A stretch of 64,000 nucleotides of DNA, taken from positions 94,178,001 through 94,242,000 of the forward strand of contig OZ296650.1 in the NCBI GenBank assembly GCA_965655095.1, read 5' to 3'. The position numbers and the translations under genes are program-made. This DNA comes from Haplodiscus bocki (lineage: Eukaryota). The notes beneath the pieces were generated by a model. The model had not been told where the DNA came from and did no database searches. It worked only from the letters and a program-made list of their open reading frames with translations. This document shows, one piece after another, positions 12,380-26,350 of the stretch (positions are counted from its first letter, which is position 1; every line of letters begins with the position of its first letter).

Positions 12380-15300
12380 TTTCCTACCTTTTTTTTCTTT
12401 TCCTATTGTAGACTACAGAAGAAGGCAACCGGGAGACTTTTATCACAGTTTTTAGGCAGAAGAATATAAAAGGTTACACCAAGAAACCAGAAAAGCTATG
12501 ATCCAAAAAAGAAAAAAACCGGGCTTTGACGAAAAAGGCAAAGACAAAAAACTATTACGTACAAGGGGCTGGAGAGACTCAAACAAGATACGAAGAGAAT
12601 TTAGAACATAAATAAAGGACCGCTAATCAAAGACGAAGTAATGATGGGAGCATATTAGAACACAAAAAAAGACAAGATACAGGAAGTTTTTCCTTCGGCA
12701 TTGCGACCCAAAGCTACGCACCAGAACCAGAATACAAGATCCAAACCGGAACAGAAAACATCAGAATCGATCCTTTATTCAAATTATACGAAAGATACTA
12801 ATCACCGAAAAGAAATAAAAAACAACTACCGAGCAGACCTTTTCTGGGCAAAACAATCAGATACGAAAACACCGGAAAACCATAATGAGAAAATGATTGA
12901 ACTGGAGAAGGATTGTGACTTTCCCAAACTTAGCACCGAACTACTTTTTTTAAAATTCGAAACATCAATCACCGACATAAACTTATGAGAGAGGATAATG
13001 AAAGGAAACCAATTGGACGCATGGAAAACAGTCGAAAAAGCAACAAAATGCACAAGAAAAAAAACCAAAATGATCACAGCATCTGATGCATTTCAAAAGT
13101 CAAAAAAGCAATCCAGGAAAAGACCATGCACAAAGTAAAATCCACCTGAAAAAAAATCGGAACAAGTTCGGAAGAGAAGCGGAGAAAAGAACTTGCAGGT
13201 GTTTGAACCCACGGAATTGGAACCGTAACAGTAAGTGCCCAGTTGAATAACCGATGTGGCATTTCGAATACGTTTGCTTCATTGGATGACGGCACCGACA
13301 ATCAGAGAAACTACAGAATCAAAAAAATTAAGGAAAGTTATACACAAAGGCCACAAACATAAAAACTGAAATTAAACACCTAGCGGACAAGAGAAGCTCA
13401 ACTACATTGACGAGTAGAACTGATGGAACTGATAGAGAAATCATCGTCTACACCATACGAGTTACAAAAAAACCGCTGAAAAAAGCGCTTGCTAATATTA
13501 CTGATAAACAACAGGTAACACGATGTCATTAAGAAAGATCTGTATATTTTCGGAACGCAAAAAAGGCTAAGCGAGAAGAAACTGGTAGAAGTTGAACAAT
13601 TTCATACCAAAAGTAAATACATGAAATCGTTACTTGATAAGTATCGGCTGAGAAATTAACTGAACGACACAAAAAATTACTTACGCTACAAACAGAAACG
13701 ACAAATCAGAAGACAGCAACATAACATCCAGATTTGAAAGAATACTCAAAATCAATCGAACAAAAAAGACAGCGAAAACAGAGACTGCTTGATACCAGGA
13801 CACCCGTCATTAAAAAAAAGGGCTAGACCAAAACTTTAGAGTTCACAGAGTATTACAGCGGACGAAATAAACAATTTTGGCAATACGAGACATTTAAAAA
13901 ATCAAAGTGGAGCAGAGAACTCCTTTGTGTATCTGGTGGTTGTCATCGTGAAAACAGACAAGTCGGGTCGAAATTACATTGGTTTCAATATTTTGAAGGA
14001 TAGTTGTATCGAAACGAGACCCCATTTGCCGTTAAGGGTTGAACTAGTCATACACAAAACCACAAAAACTATGCGGGTGCAAAATGAATCATTGCTGTTC
14101 TTATCAAAAATATATCTTGAGTACGCATTTAAAAATTCGAAATTGTCCCACGAAAATAGTAGATGTAACTTAGCAAAAAATTGGGGAAAGTTAAACCGAA
14201 ATTGCACACTTAAACAATCGTTCCACGGCTCATCAGACACCCTAAGAATAATCCAGAAAACAATTGACCGATCATTAATTAACCAAACAGTAGTATATGC
14301 AGACGAATTGGTAATTGTACAAAAGTGACATTCAAAAGAACAGCAATTACACTTAATCACAAAATCGCAGAAAAATACAAGAAGCCCGGTAAAGCAGAAG
14401 CTCGAAAACATCTGCCTTCTTATTCAATGAGACAAAATGCCTGGGACAGGAAACGAAAGAACAGCGGTTGAAATCGAAGAATCTCATTAAAACAATACCA
14501 CATTTAAAACGAAAGATGTCAAGTAGAGGTTAATAGTTATTTTTCGGGAGTTCTCAATAAATGTCAAACCCAGAAATTCTTAAAAAAACAGACCGAATGA
14601 GACAACTAAGGAAAAAAGAAACGAAATGGATGTGGACTGGTAACGAAGAGAAGACTTTAGCGAAAAAAAGGAAAACCAAAACAAAGTGTCTAGCACTTTT
14701 CACAATAAATCAAGACAATATTCTAGAATTAAATGCTAGCAGGAACAGACTTGGAATAAAACCAGGGTAAAAACAAACTGACAAAGCAATCTGATCAAAC
14801 AAAAGTACTCGATAAGAGAGTTGGAAACATTAGCGCTAGCATGGGCATTAGAGAAGTTTCGCTTCTTCCTCCACAGAAAACGGTACATTTCCATACCGAC
14901 CATCAAGCACTAGAGATACTGAAAGAAAGCAAATGATCACACTGACAATACAGCGAACGACCAACAAGATGCTTCGATCGATTAGCACAATTTGACAATG
15001 AGTGGACAAAGACTCAACCAAGAAATTTTACTGAAAAAAGTGTTGAAAATAAGCTGACGGAATTGTTCGAAATCGTCCAAAAATACAGACAAAAAATAGA
15101 TAATACGCAAAAATTCCAATCTACAGACAAATAAATAGTATGTTAACAATGATCCAAAAAGCGAAATGAAAAAACGTGGCCGAATAAATTTGTTGCCAGA
15201 ATCAAATTTAACACAATCAGAAGCGAGCGAACCTGAACAATTATATTAATTGATAGTTAGTTGAGTTTGACGGCAAAGTTTGAAACCTTGAAACTTACGG

Positions 15301-17200
15301 ATTCTCAAATGGAGAAGAGTTTCCCTTACGAATACCACCAATGTATAGCAAAAAATTGATCATGGCTTTAAATAACAAAGAAAACAAAAACCCCAAAACA
15401 ATTCGCTTTGTAGTAAAAAAGAAGCAAACACCAACATCGGAAACGTTTGATAACAACTGGAGCTAACTTCAATTCAAAAATTTTGGGTACCCAAAGACCG
15501 GACAAACAAGACTAAAAAAATTGCTGTCCATAGATTCGGAGTTCATTTTTCGCAACGGGCAAATAAATTGGGTGATGGTTATTTTGATTTAAATGAAGAT
15601 TTTCAAATGGTGACTACCGTGAAGGAGAAGAGAAACCCAAAACACGAGGACATTTCAGACAGTAAGAAGATTGATATTGTCAAGCCAGCGAGAATTTTCC
15701 ATTAGTAGATTTGAAAGAAGATGACTTGACAAGAGAAAAATTTGCCTTAAATTGAAATTGTTCAAGTGATCGAAAAATTGAATTTGAAAAGCACCAAGGT
15801 GAAGGAGAACTTGGTAAAAGCTGAACTTGTTTTCGCGCTGGACTTGAAGTTTTCGATACTCAAAATTCTGGTTGATCCTAAACTACAGCGATTCAAATCT
15901 TATAACCCAAACAATCAAAAAGAACGTGCTCCCGAAGAATTTTTTACGGTTTTGAGCGAATTGTCCGAACTTTTCTGTTAGCTATTCGCAATTGACAAAG
16001 ACGTTCAACAGGAGAACTGAAGAAACAACTAGTGAACACACGACACTTCGGTTACACAGGTCCTACGAATCTGTTGGCAAAGAGTAACACATTTTGGTGG
16101 CACGTATGGAGAAGGGTAGCAAAAATTGCTGTTGCGCCTGTACGTCGTGCAGCAGTTCCGGCGAGAGTTGAAAAAACCAGTCAATGTCAACCGAAAAACA
16201 ACGATTTACTGACAATATCTGGACTCGGAAGAATCACAATTTGAATTTCCCGGAGAAATACCAAACAGAAAAAATTCATCTGCTTAGCCATATGTCATTG
16301 TTGCGATGAATAGATAAACCAAGTGGCCTGGAAATCGAATAGGCGAACCAACCAAAGCCGAAGAACTGATTGAATTTCTTGGACGCTAAATCAACCTATA
16401 TGGGAACCGAAAACAAAAAATAAGATCGGTGTAGCGCACTCATATCTCGAAAGTTTAGAAAAGTTTATCCGAGATAAACTTTGAAATGGCTTGGAGTTCA
16501 CTGAGACTTCATGCTGGTATGGGTGCGGGAGAGCGCGCAGTAGAGACCCTAATTGTTTTCATAAAATTGAACTTAGTGGACAAAAACATCTTCGCTGGAA
16601 ACGTAAATCGAGCTCTGAGGGTGAAGCGCATCACCATACGCACTGGATTGAAATAAGCATCATTAAAAATACATAACAGTACGAAACCGAGAAACCAGCT
16701 GGCCATAAGAAAAAGATGAAAGTTTTGAATCTTATCATACCACTGAACTTTTGTGGCACCGAAACAGAATGGTATTCATGTGAGACAAAAAAGAGAAAGT
16801 TGGGTTCAGAACCGTATGGTTTGGCAAGAAAAAGGGAAGGTCCCTGATGCCCCATACAACGTTCGTTAAAGAAGAAGCCAGTAAAACCAATTCATGAAAA
16901 TTTTGAGCATACTTAGACCATTTTCGAAAATTCAGGAAGAAATGAAGGGAAGTACAGGAGAAACCAAAAATTTCTCTAGAGCGTACTGACTACACGGTTC
17001 GCACTGTGGGAAAAAATCACTCACCCGAAATTGACATCAACACCCGTTTTTTCTCAAAAATCTTTCGAAAAAGAATAATCGCCAAATGAACATAAGCTGA
17101 GAAGACAGAGTGGCAAATATGTAAGTGCCTCCGCAATCGAGAAAAGACAAGACACATAAGGCATCTTCGCCGAGTCTAGACCAAAGATGCAATAAATCGT
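12380..17200 (+). mobile_element. Degenerate Ty3/Gypsy retrotransposon internal region (gag-RT-RNase H-integrase)
   Basis: gag-like ORF 12701-12988 ('RADLFWAKQSDTKTPEN..ELEKDCDF'); RT ORF 13927-14328 ('VVIVKTDKS', 'LSKIYLEYAF', 'FHGSSD..IQKTIDR..YADELVIV'); RNase H 'NASRNRLG', 'ELETLALAWALEKFRFFL', 'TDHQALE' (~14730-14915); integrase Zn-finger remnant 'HFGYTG..FWW' (16032-16244). Confidence 0.88.
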
Positions 17201-17299
17201 GTCCCAAGGTGAAGACAGTGACTTCTAATTCCTCTATCAAGGTGTGAATTGACAACGTTGCACTTGTAGGCAAATTGGTGACAGCTTCCTCAGTTTTTT

Positions 17300-18960
17300 G
17301 CTTGTAGCAGAAACATAACAGGCAGAAGTACTTCTGGTATGGATAAATATTGATATTCAAAATAACTTTCTCCACCAATGCGAGCTGGATTTTCTCCAAG
17401 CAATGTCTGAAAAGACAGCTTTCCAGATTTAGAGGTGATCCAAATGGTTTTATCATCACTTTTGGTGTTTCAATGAGAAATTTGACAGCAATAAAGTGCC
17501 TAGCGCTTTCATCGTTTGCTTTTCAAGCTCAATTTTACCCCCAAAGACAACGGTTCCATGTCTTTTGTTAATGTTTGAATCAACATTTTACTGTTTGTAC
17601 AGGAAAATTTCAAGATAGTCATCGGCTTTTGTGTCCGAAAGGCGATGATCAATAAATGCCGTAATTAAAAGTGAACTTCGGATTTACAAAATCATTCCTC
17701 GGTACAAAGCAGTTTGAATTTTATCCATCAGTGTGCCAGACGACAATTTTCTCACTTCACGATCGCAATGACATATCAATTGTTTTTTAATTGAAACTTC
17801 AGGATGCCAGAAGTAATGACTTTCCTCGCTATTCAAACTCAATTTCCATCAGAAAACTGTCGGCTTGTTTTACTTTATCTAGGAAGAAACCGACCAGTCA
17901 AAACTTGAATGGAGCTTTTCGGTGAATTTTTTCGTCAATTTCCCTCCTCGCATCAAAAACGACAGGGCAAAAAATTCCAAAAAACGCATCTTTTCTCCAA
18001 ACACAAAAATAACTTTTTCGTACCAACCCAAATGGTTTTTTTTTATCGTCTGCGTCGACAGTTTTTTTCACCCTTCAGATTGTTTCTTTCCTAGGCAACG
18101 TGATAGCGAAAAATAGCAAAAACTTTATTGCGATTTTACTCGATTTTCGAACTTTTTTATACCACTAGCTCACTTCTCTCAAAGTCTGAATCAACATTTT
18201 GGTACTTGTAGAGGGCTTTTCGATGATACTTCAATCGAGTTTTTTTGATGACCAAAAAACCAAAAATTTCTGTTCGTTATGACGTGTTTCTATCCAAAAT
18301 TTTTTTCACGAACATCGCCTGGATTCACGCCATCAAGCTCTCATACTGTTTCCTACCTGTAGAAGAAAGCCAGGTAGTTCTTTCATCCATTTGGTACTTT
18401 TCTGCAGAGCTTTGATATCAAATTGCCACGAATGCCAAAAGTTTTCTCTTCCTTCACACTCATTTTCTCCAAAACAATCTGATGTTCATCCATCAAGATC
18501 TAAATGGAAAGCTTCCTACTTTCAGAGGACCTTCGCTTTCGTTACATGCATTGGAAGCCTGAAAGGCCAGAAAATGCAAATTATTGTGAACTTTTCCATT
18601 TTAATAAAATTTCGTTTTTACTCAAGCTTTCGAACAATTACCATTGGAGTCCTTGAACCAAGACTTCAAAACTTTTAGGTTCTGCTTCTAGTGAAGAACC
18701 ATTTTCACTTAATTTTGCGTACAGCTAATGAGGGTCCAGCATCTATCATTTTGTTAGTCTGAAGTTTTGGGAAAAAATTCGAGCCTCCAAGGATCAGAGC
18801 GCTGCATTGATTCGTTAGTTTTATCAGTATTTTAGTCGGCGGCTTACTTTTAGTGAAGAAGCCGACCATTGTAGTGAATTTTCTCGTAAGATAACATAGC
18901 TCACATCGAACTGATCAAATTCGGACGTAGCTGCAGCTGCATTTTCTGCGACTGCCATTC
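17300..18960 (-). pseudogene. Decayed coding remnant with internal duplication, family unknown
   Basis: Diverged internal repeat: 'LYKYQNVDSD' (~18183-18213) vs 'LYKQ*NVDSN' (~17572-17602), and two 'DDK..TIW' segments (~18030-18050, ~17440-17458). No intact ORF. Confidence 0.25.
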
Positions 18961-20430
18961 CGAACGTTTCAAATGCTTGTGCTGTCAACTCAACTCAACC
19001 CCCCCCCCCCCCCCGTGTTAAATTTACAAAATTCTATACAAAATTCTACCTATTTTCGAAAATTCGAACCTTCGGTCCAAAATTTCGTAACACTCCCCGT
19101 ATGAAATCTACCGAATCGACAAGTAGCCGGTTCGAATGCCAATATAAGCCATGTTTTCTTAGATTTTGTACGAAAAATTTCATGCCGCAAACTATACCGA
19201 AAATCTTCCCATTTTCGAAAACTTTCTTCTTATATCCCCCTTATAACATAACCAATACCCTCCTCCACATTGGCATATACTGGAATTTTTACATTTCATA
19301 TGGCCCAGTGGCTAGGAAAATGGGTCCCAAAGCCACAGGTGCAGTTTCGAACTCCGGTATAGGCTATATTTGTTACATTTAATGTCGTCCAGTAGGTAAG
19401 ATAAAGGTTTCAAACCCGCGTAAAGGCTGTATTTTTTACTTTTTAAATGGCAGACTGCGTACCATTCAAGCATCAAAATCAATTCCGTCCTATTTTGAGC
19501 CATACGGGCTGCGCCGACTCTTGGCTTGTTTATCTTGTGTCATCATACTGCTTATCATCTGAAACTTTTTAGGCGCCATCGCAATTACTAACGAATTCGA
19601 AACAAGAAAACGACACCCATTTGTTTTCGAATTCAGACATTTTCAGAGAAAATTACGGTTGCAGACCACTTCATTCCATCGTTAAAAAGTTTAATTTTTT
19701 GAGGAGACCAAAGTAAATTGACAATATTGAAGCACTTTTTTTGGTCTTTTATCAATTGGGTTTCGTCGAAGGCATCGCCCAAAAATGTACTTTAGTCCTT
19801 TGGACAAACGTGCCGTAGTCTGAGTTTTTTTGGGAAATCGTTGAAAAGGTTGGAATAGACTTTGAGGTGGCCAAATATCCAATGATTTCAATCTCCCCGA
19901 ACCTCCAAATAGCAGAAAACAATCCCAATAGTATGGCTCAACAATCAAGTATTTCAGTCCGGTTACAAATTCTACTGAAAAATGGTCGGAAGTTATTCAA
20001 TTTTTCTGATACACAATATCATCAGAAAAGCAAAACTCTCACGTCTCACAATTCTCCAAGACTTTTCAAGAATACGCAAGCGCAAGTTAGTTCGTCGAAA
20101 ATAGTCTAAATACAGTACAGTTGTTTCAGCGATGCCTTCAACAAAACTCAGAAGATAAGAGAGCAAAGTTTAATGAAACGCTCTTATCAAAAATCTGGAC
20201 TCTTAAACTATAAAAAAGATAATCTGGAGTTAAATATCTTGAACTTAAAATTAAACTTCCTCTGAATTTGATTGTACAAGGGTGTATTTAACCCAAACTT
20301 TCTGATGTTCATTTCCGATTCAAAATTAATCGAATGATCTTGGTTTCTCTTCAGAAGAGAGCAAGTGTTTACGTCTTTCCACATCAAAACTGTCAAAAAT
20401 TGATTATTTAAATTGTCAGGATAAGATATG

Positions 20431-22430
20431 CTAACGTTTTATAGCTAAATGATTAGACATGGGATAGTAAATGTTGAAATCAGCTGTATGACTATGACTA
20501 TTGCTACTGTTATTACTATTAGTCCAGCTATTAAAATGTACATCTTCACACATGAGGCTGCTCAAATCTCCGACACTCTTGGCACTTTTCATTCCTCCTA
20601 ATCCACCACCACTACCGGAACTGATAGACGGTGTTCCCTCAGATGGCTCCCCTGATACAACCGGCACCTTTGATTGGGGCATACTTGTCGGTTGATGATT
20701 GTGGTTGTTGCAGTGTCCAGCACTCACAACTAATCCTTGCTCAAATGGAATGCTTCCTGTCGCCGTTGCCAATAACCCGCCGACGTCTTTGTTAGCACCA
20801 TGATTGAAATCCTTTTTTGCAGATGACAGGAGGGAAGTGGAAGTTGTTGCCGACTGAGGAGCTGTGTGCAAAACGTTCAATACGTTATCAGTGTGGCGAT
20901 TTAAATTACTTTCCGATCGAGGACTCAAGGACCGAGGAGCCGAAGGCATCAAGGACGATGACCTCTGACTCTGGGCTGAAGGTATTCTGTAAACATTCGA
21001 CGAATTTCGGACAGGACCATGCGTTGTCGAAAAAGATTGATTATTCAGAGGTTGACCATCGATTTTTGCATGACCCACAGCAGTAGCAACTGATAGGCCA
21101 TTCCCTTCATAGGTCGCGGAATTACTGTTAAGGGGTGACGTATACGTTTTTGTTGTGAAAGGCAAATACGCGGAGAAGCTGTTATAGTCTGTGGTCATTC
21201 GTGTCAAGGAAAAGTTTTCTGACGTCATATTCTGTTGGATGGGTTGCGCTTTCTGGTAAGGGAAAGACTCCGCAGCGGTTCCGCCGAGTTCATGTGAAAA
21301 ACCATTGGGTGCAACTCCATGGCCTTTCGGGTCGAAGTTTGCAGTGGTTGCGTTAGTGGTGGTATTAGTTGCACGGGCAGCAGCATTTTGTAGAAAATTA
21401 GCATTTATATGATTAGAATCTTGGCTCAAAATATGATTGTAGTAATTTTCGGGTTGAGTTGTGACTGCAATTCGATTACTCTTATTTGAAACATTAGCAG
21501 GCTGGTTCTGGGACGCGTGATTATACATGTGATAATACTGAAAATGTTGGCTTAACCCATACCCATTTTGACCACCACCGCCACCATTGCCAACATTCGT
21601 TGTGTTAATTTGGGGCTGACTTGAAGCCACTCCGACCCGAAATATCTGCTCAAGTTCTTCTTTGTCGTTCACACTCTGAATTGCGACTGCGTCAAAAGGC
21701 GTGGAGTCAGATTCAAAATCAGAAAAATTGATAAAATGAGATGATGTGGGTCGTTCACTTGCAACTTTGAAACCTTCATTGAAGTATTGGGACGTTGGGG
21801 TAGAAATAGAGCGTGCTTCAGCAGCAGATACCAACGATGTCTGCAATGGCGATGTCGATAAAATGGTCGGCTGAATAACAGTAGCTTTTGGTAGATTGAC
21901 ATCAGTATTGATAGTATTAGCAATGTTACAATGGCCGGTAGCATTGGGGTCGGGCGATTTGTCCAGCTTTGATTCCGTATTTGAAGAAGAGTGGGCGGCA
22001 GGCAAAGAAACTCCTCCTTTACCGTTACTAATATGGGAAGACCTTTTCCCATATTCACTTCCAGCGCTGTTATATCCTATTATAAATCCATTATCTTTGG
22101 TGGAATGTTCGCTGTTCTTCATTGGGTTCGCGACCTGATTATTAGCACCAGAAAATTTATCATACGCAATTATCTCCGAAACTTCCGCCGAAACACCAAG
22201 TTTTCCAAATGCTGGTTTTTCCGATTCCTTTTCAATTGCAGCTATTCTTCCATTTTCGTTCTGCTTTTTCGTTTTGAACTGGTTCGATTTCTGGAAAAGT
22301 CTCATTTTTGCTAATTTTGCAGCCGCCTCTTGTCGCTTCACAAGGTTCTCATTTTCAATTCTCAGCAAAAAATTCTGTTGGTTTTTGATGCAGAATCTGT
22401 TCTCTTCACAAATTTCCAAAGCTTCTGCTT
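20431..22430 (-). CDS. Large terminal coding exon of an unidentified host protein (N-terminal coiled-coil, long N/Q/S/T-rich disordered tail)
   Basis: 662-codon uninterrupted ORF in a landscape of short ORFs. It has no ATG start and is preceded by a polypyrimidine/AG acceptor (ctaacttttccaaag, AG at 22431-22432). Possible small upstream exons at ~22551-22580 and ~22738-22797 with GT donors. Confidence 0.75.
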
Positions 22431-22819
22431 CTTTGGAAAAGTTAGGCTAAAATTCAATCAGCAATCAATCGTTTTCCCAGTATATTTCGGAAAAATATTT
22501 GGTTACATTACAAGTTTGCACTCAATATTTTTTACTGCTGCTTCCGTTACCTAAATCTTCTAAACCATTATGAAGTAGACCTCGTCAATTGACTACTTGA
22601 CCATAGTATCAAAGTCACTTTCAGTCTTCCACGGGACCAAATTCAGTCAAGTTTTTAAAGACAAGACCTAAATATCAACTTTATAATTATTATTTCCCGC
22701 CCACATTTATAACATGGAAGAAAAATGATTCACTCACCGTAGTGCGTTTTTTACGTTCATTTGCCAATTGTCCCGGCAGACGGACAGGAGGACGATTCTG
22801 AGTTTGAAATTTTTGTTTC

Positions 22820-23154
22820 ACCAAGTTATAGCAAATTTGCCGTAGAATGCAACTAAATAGTAAGATTTCTCAAATACGTACAAAAGTTGAGTTTTTTTAA
22901 AAAGTTGATTTTTTTTTGAACAAAAAACAATTTTCTTTCAAAATCGGTTAAGGTGGCAAACTTGCTGTAGAATGTTTAGCAAATGATACTATTTCTTGAA
23001 AATGTCTTTTCCACCTTAATTGTGAGGTTTTTTTCGAAAACAGAAAATTTGATGAAAAGGGTTATTTTTGGGAACAAAACGCTTTTATCCTTGTGAACGA
23101 CGTCAACAAAATTGCAAGGCGGAAAACACGCCGGTGTTAGCCGGCCATCTTGTT
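22820..23154 (+). repeat. Non-autonomous Helentron/Helitron-like repeat
   Basis: Internal duplicated motif (aaatttgccgtagaatg / aaacttgctgtagaatg) and a GC-rich subterminal hairpin gccgg-tgttag-ccggc (23130-23145) followed by cttgtt. Confidence 0.4.
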
Positions 23155-23899
23155 ATTACAATCCAATCTAGACCACACTATGGTATATTATCCAAAAAGC
23201 AAAGTTCCTTGCGCTTAGAACGTTGACGCTGCAATCTTTTTCAATGAGTTAATTGTACACATTTTACAATATAACAAACCCAGAACCCTCAATGCGGCGG
23301 TGCCCGCAAAGGCTCAAAACATATTAAGGGGTATCATATATTTCGGGGGTGTTAGAAACAGAAAAACACCAAAAATAGGCAAGTTCTCGAAAAAAATGGG
23401 TTTACTTAGTTTTTTCTCAAAAGAAAAATTGACTCGCTCCTGTAACTGAACTTTCCCTCTTTGCCTTCTCAAAAAATTCCGGTATATGCAAAAGTGTTAT
23501 CTCGAACTTTTTTCATTCTAATAGTTTCGGAAGGCATGGTAGAATTCGTAGCATCAAAAACACCAATTTGACAGAAAAATGCAAAAAAGCAACTCTGTAC
23601 AAAAATTGGAAGTGACTCTGTTGTATTACGAAACTCCAATAGATGGGGCATCTTTATTTCATGAAGCGCCAATTAAAAACATGCAAAGAAGATGCTAAGA
23701 ATTAAACAGTCGAATTTACAGCAGAGAAAAATTGGAATTAGCGACTTTATGACATCGAAGAAAAAATAAGTTGGGCGAGTTCAGGAAAAACTTCCATCGA
23801 GTTGAATAATTAAAGTGTCGAAAATCTCGGACCATTCTGGAATTTAAAAATTTGCGATGCTTTGAATTTTTGACGTTTGAAATTTTTCGACGCGATGTC

Positions 23900-26350
23900 A
23901 GCATTTTGAAAAAGCGGGAGACGCGAATTAAAAAGAAAAATTTAGCAATATTTGAATCAATTTTTTGTACTTATTGACGCACTTGAAATCTTGGAGTTAA
24001 TCACGATGAGTGGCGTCCAGTCTATATTGCGGAAAATTATGAGATTTGTGCTTCAATCTATTAGCGCTCAGCTGACCAGTCATATCGGCATTTGCGGAGT
24101 GCAAAGAAAAAAGTGAAGTCCACAGGCATTTGGCCATTCTCAATGCCTAAACATAGGAGGGGTGGGTTGTTATTGGTGTTGGAAACATACAAAACGAACA
24201 AAAAACTAAAACTTTCCTCAAGTGAAGAAAAATCCGTTTGCTAAGGGTTTATTTTTAAGGAAATCTGTCAGGTCTTCATCAGTAACAGAAACACTTCACT
24301 ACTACGGACGGGCTAAATAGCAGCCCGCTGGCCCTGGTCCGCCAGAGTCTGTTTGAAAACGGTGAGCCCAGAGTCGGTACATTACCAACGTAGCAGCTCC
24401 ATGTCGGAAACCAAGCAGCCACGGTAAATAATTACAACCCAAGATCTGCAGCCCGGCTGATGCATGATTGTTAATTGGACGTCTCGTTCTCATACCAAAG
24501 GGCATTAAGGGATTTCTATCATGCGCATTTCAGAAAACTTTTTCGTTCAAGTGCCAGTAGAGCTTTTACTTAAGTGCGCATATTTAAAAATAAAGGCCGA
24601 CAAGTCCCCGCTTTTCCTTCAAAGAATTGCTTTGAGGCTTGGTATACCTCAGGGCACTCTTTTTATTTTGCTGAAACTCGGTAGCTTCAGTTTTTATCAC
24701 TGTTCTCAGAGAGAAAAGTTGTCAGGAAAATTGCCAATAAAATGATACCGCTAATTGAAATTGCTGATACAACAAAAAAGCGGTGTCACAATAATTGTTG
24801 AGTTAGACGATTACATGTTACTCAAAAAATGTGGTATGGTGGAATTTTAGCTAACTGGTTTCATCAAATGTTTGGACATGTTGGCAAGGGAAGGAATGAC
24901 GGTTTCTTTGTAGTACACAGCAGCGTCAATTTCTTTTCCTGCCCCTTTAGAATGTTGTTCGCGCTCATCAGTAGTGAACGCTGATTGATAGTTTGAAGGA
25001 AGCAGATGTCGGTATTTGTTGTCACGGTCAGATCCAAAATCCACATGCTTGTAAGACAATTGATTTACAATGTCACTCCCTAAACACATAATTAAGTTTT
25101 TCAACAATATGGTGTGAGAGAAAGGATATTTGGAACGTCCTTTTAAAATTAATCGAAGAAAAACAGTTATCAACAGTGAAATATTTCGTTTGACAGAGAA
25201 CAAGTAGGGAACGGTTCAAATGAGGGCCAAGGCTCACAATGAATAGGGGGACCCTTCGTTGAAACATTTTTTTCCGATAAACAATTGGTACTGTCACATT
25301 TTTGTTCTCAGTCTCACAATGCCAAAACTTCGTAATGACACTCTGTAGTACAACATATACTGTCTAAGAAAGCCTAAGCTGAATTTTTTTGAATTAACCT
25401 TCTTCGAAAAAATTAGAATTTTTAGTTTGTGGATAGGGGGTGCTACATGAAAAACGTTTGGACGGAAGCTCCATTTTTTTTGAAAAGACAAAAGGAGAGT
25501 TCTTACTCAAGCTCGCGGTCGTAAAAGCTCAAAAATTGATGAAAATTTATTAAAATCAAGTGTCTGAACTGTTAGTCGTCTACGTAGTGTGAAAAATCCA
25601 CTTGAAGAGTCAAGCTCTTTTATTCAAAAGCGCCGCCGTAAAACTTCCAGTTTTTCAGCACACTCAGCGTAATATCGGCGCTTTCCCGTTACTTTGTGCC
25701 ACACATTCGAAATACAATTGATTAACATACAGGCATTTCATTGCGAAAAAAATAATTGAAGCAGGACAAAACCACCGGTTTCAAAAATAGGGCCCTGGCG
25801 GGGCTCGAGTATCTAAGCACAGGAATTGAAATCCGAACTTCGAGGCTTCTAAATGGAAAGTATGGCACCCCAGGGCAACAGGATGCTCGCTTTTAGTTCA
25901 GAAAGTGGATCCTAAAACAAGACTGACGCTTGAAACAAATATTGAACTGGGGATTTGTAACAGTCGCAAGCTTTTTTATCCTACTTGATCCATTTGTAGA
26001 TATAAAAAAAAACTAATTCAGACACAGATGCGAAGCTGTGCTTCGCATACACCTGCCAGAAAAGTGAAGAGCAGATTGACTGAATGTCCAACGACAAAAC
26101 TGAACCTGCTGACTTGATTTTTGCGAATGTCACAGAAGGAATATTTCCTCTGAAAAGAATGGTGGAAAAAACAAATATTTTTATATTTACAGAGCATTTT
26201 TGGGAAGGTGAATTCTAATTGCGTCGAACAATCAAGGAGTCTTAAAGTTGCTCGACTATTCAAAGTGTCGAAATTTTTTGAGCATGCCGTGGTTTATGGG
26301 TCAATTTTGGACGCTTCGAATTGTATAATCTTCTTCAACTCTTTGGGAAC
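23900..26350 (+). mobile_element. Highly degenerate, internally deleted Gypsy-like remnant
   Basis: Knuckle-like 'GCYWCWKH' (~24165-24190); protease-like 'L-NSVASVFI' (~24670-24700, cf. LDSGASVS); integrase traces 'LHEKRLDG..EKT' (~25440-25490) and 'PQGNRML' (~25868-25888, cf. HPQGNGMVE). No RT seen. Confidence 0.4.

Noticed and set aside
18999-19014. Poly-C run as a regulatory G-quadruplex
   Set aside because: A simple homopolymer with no supporting context.
20501-22554. Plus-strand short ORFs overlapping the 662-aa ORF (and similar ones over the USP and SET ORFs)
   Set aside because: Antisense shadows of real coding sequence with no independent motifs.
24521-24745. LINE RT motif GIPQGT
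   Set aside because: Isolated match with no downstream YADD-type motif; neighbouring frames fit a Gypsy protease remnant better.
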